From Octopus sinensis (Eukaryota), in the NCBI RefSeq assembly GCF_006345805.1, contig NC_043006.1:39990001-40054000 (forward strand): DNA of 64,000 bases. The letters are read 5' to 3'. Position 1 is the stretch's first letter, and every line of letters starts with the position of its first letter. A program made the translations under genes and the position numbers. The notes under the pieces were generated by a model, which searched no databases, had not been told where the DNA came from, and was given only the letters and a program-made list of their open reading frames with translations. Positions 61,650-64,000 of this stretch are shown here, piece after piece.

Positions 61650-61810
61650 TACATACATACATACATACATACATACATACATACATACATACATACATAC
61701 ATACATACATACATACATACATACATACATACATACATACATACATACATACATACATACATACTACGTAAGTACGTATGTATGTATGTATATATATATA
61801 TATATATATC
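61650..61810. repeat. Pure (CATA)n microsatellite
   Basis: Visible directly. Confidence 0.97.
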
Positions 61811-62234
61811 AGGATTTTTTAAAAGTACATTGAATGGCTGTGTAAGTTCAGAAGAGTAAAATGCAAACCAAAGGAGCCCATAGGCAAAATAGGATTGAGA
61901 ATATTTGGATTAATACAACCAATTAGTCCTTGCATACGTAACGATTTCCATTCTGATGAAGCATTCAGATAAGGGTATGAAACGTCTTGCAAACAGTCGT
62001 TTTGGCGTCGCTGTTTAGACGCTGACCTATTTGGACAAGTAGTTTTTTTTGTGCTGGTTAGCCTCAAACTTGTAATCATAATTATAAAACTACTCGACTC
62101 CTAAACTTCGTTTAACTTTCGACCTCACTTTATGGTGGTTGGTGAAATATTGAGGAAACATGGAAAAGAAAAAGAAAAAGTTTCTCACGATGGATTTCCA
62201 TACGTCTTTGACGAAGAACTAACAGTGAATTTTA

Positions 62235-62422
62235 TTCATTGACACAAGGCCTGCAATTTTAGGAGGTGGGGGATAAGTCAATTACATCGACCTCAGTGAT
62301 CGACTGCTACTTATTTTATCGACCTCGAAAGGACAAAAGGCAAAGTCGACCTCGGCAGAATTTGAACACTGAACGTAAAGACGGACGAAATGCCGCTAAG
62401 CATTTTGCTCAGCGTGCTAAAA
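62235..62422 (-). mobile_element. SINE family D
   Basis: TTTATCGACCTCGAAAGGACAAAAGGCAAAGTCGACCTCGGCAGAA...GCTAAGCATTTTGCTCAGCG. Confidence 0.85.
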
Positions 62423-63173
62423 CATGAAGGTGAGTGTTTCGCTGATAAACATTTCTCTGACAGTTATCAGTACTCATATTGAACAACAGACATATTGAAT
62501 TCTTCAATATACCTTTTGGTCACTGTTCGTGAATAATTTCTTATCTACTACAGTAACAGAAGAACTTTGGTTTATCCCTCCCCTACTTAAATCTAAAAAT
62601 ATTACCGTATTGCAAGTCAGTTTTCGTAATCTAACTATTCTGAAGAAAACTAATTTTTTTTTTCGTACGTATATGACTAAGCTGTCAAAATTATCCTTGA
62701 CATTTGTCTGTGCGTGTTTTAATACCGATCACAAAAGCTTAAGAGACAGCAACAATATAGTGTCTGTTGTATGAGATATATTGAACTTTTAGTGTGATTT
62801 CTGTATTTCACTGAAGTTATTTTCGTGTCTTGTCTCTGTGGACGGAATGAGATGTTTGGGCGGAGCTGTTTGGACGCTAAGGAATTGCCATGGCTGAGTG
62901 GACATTCAGCCTGTTTTGGTGCTGGAGAAAAACGCGCACATGCGCGCGTGCAAACACACACATACACACGCATTCGCAAGCACACACGCACATACTGACA
63001 CGCAGATATACGCGCGCGCGCCCATCACTCACAAGCACACATGCGCAGCAATATATACATGCATATAGAAAGAGTGAAAGAGAGAAAGAGACAGACATGT
63101 CAACCATAACCAATTAATAGTTATGTTTGTCTAATTTCCTGCTTTTCATGCATATAAACAAAATATATTTACA

Positions 63174-63333
63174 CAGGTGTGGCTGTGTGGTAAGTAACTT
63201 GCTTACCAAACCACATAATTCCGGGTTCAGTCCCTCTGCGTGGCACCTTGGGCAAGTGCCTTATACTATAGCCTGGGGCCAACCAAAGCCTTGTGAGTGG
63301 ATTTAGTAGACAGAAACTGAAAGAAGCCCGTCG

Positions 63334-63367
<34 letters not shown>

Positions 63368-63603
63368 GTGTGTGTGTGTGTGTGTATGTGTGTGTGTGTA
63401 TGTTTGTGTGTCTGTCTGTCTCCCCATCATCGCTTGACAACCGATGTTGGTATGTTTACATCCCTGTAACTGAGCGGTTCGGCAATAGATTCCGATAGAA
63501 TAAGTACTAGGCTTACAAAGAATAAGTCCTAGAGTCGATTTGTTCGACTAAAGGTGGTGCTCCAACATGGCTGCCGTCAAATGACTGAAACAAATAAAAG
63601 AAT
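63174..63603 (+). mobile_element. SINE family C, full length
   Basis: GGTGTGGCTGTGTGGTAAG...CCTTGGGCAAGTG...(TA)n(TG)n...GACTGAAACAAATAAAAG. Confidence 0.92.
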
Positions 63604-63676
63604 ACATAAACACAGCGAAAGAGAGAGAGAGAGAGAGGGAGATGGGAGAAGAAAAGGGAGAGAGAGAGAGAGAGAG

Positions 63677-63751
<75 letters not shown>

Positions 63752-64000
63752 CGAGAAAGACATTACAATTTATTAATCGAACTCGACTGACATAAGCTCT
63801 TTTCATCTACTCATACAAATAAAAGAGCAATACACTCATTGAGGGAGAGAGTGACATTACAATTTATTAATTGAACTCGACAGACGTAAGCACATTCCCT
63901 CTTCTCGTACACATAACGTCTGATGTCAAATAAGTCAGCGTCGAATCAGTGACGCCAAATAGGCGTCGCCAAAACGGCTGTGCCAAGACGTCTCATAACC

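Noticed and set aside
61950-61990. CTGATGA...GAAACGTC hammerhead-like spacing
   Set aside because: Neither stem I nor stem II pairs; GAAACGTC belongs to the putative TIR starting at 61973.

Overview
Repeat-saturated animal genomic DNA. I infer an octopus or other coleoid cephalopod from the tRNA-derived SINE families, the RTE/Penelope/R4-type retroelement debris and the extreme microsatellite density. There is no rRNA, true tRNA, CRISPR array or intact protein-coding gene. Almost every ORF in the supplied track is a microsatellite or SINE artefact; the exceptions are decayed transposase and retroelement ORFs. Contents: about 40 SINE copies or fragments from four modular families (working labels A-D), a Penelope-like element (PLE) 3' end with an inverted pLTR pair, dispersed PLE-type pLTR fragments, two Tc1-like copies with a DD36D-looking triad, two rosa/DD41D-type mariner relics (one internally inverted), hAT, piggyBac, Helitron and Helentron-type MITEs, three RLE-clade LINE 3' ends, a bipartite RTE element, long microsatellites and a 100-N gap. 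A few short minus-strand segments with good splice signals and compatible phases may be exons of a host gene, including a 15-nt microexon. Best leads: (1) a set of minimal, probably dimer-dependent hammerhead-ribozyme-like motifs, including a variant CCGACGA core that is identical in two dispersed copies; (2) head-less tandem SINE trimers at two independent loci; (3) signs of a (TA)n-targeting retroelement tail. All family names and folds come from reading the sequence by eye; no searches or folding programs were run. SINE and microsatellite coordinates are approximate.
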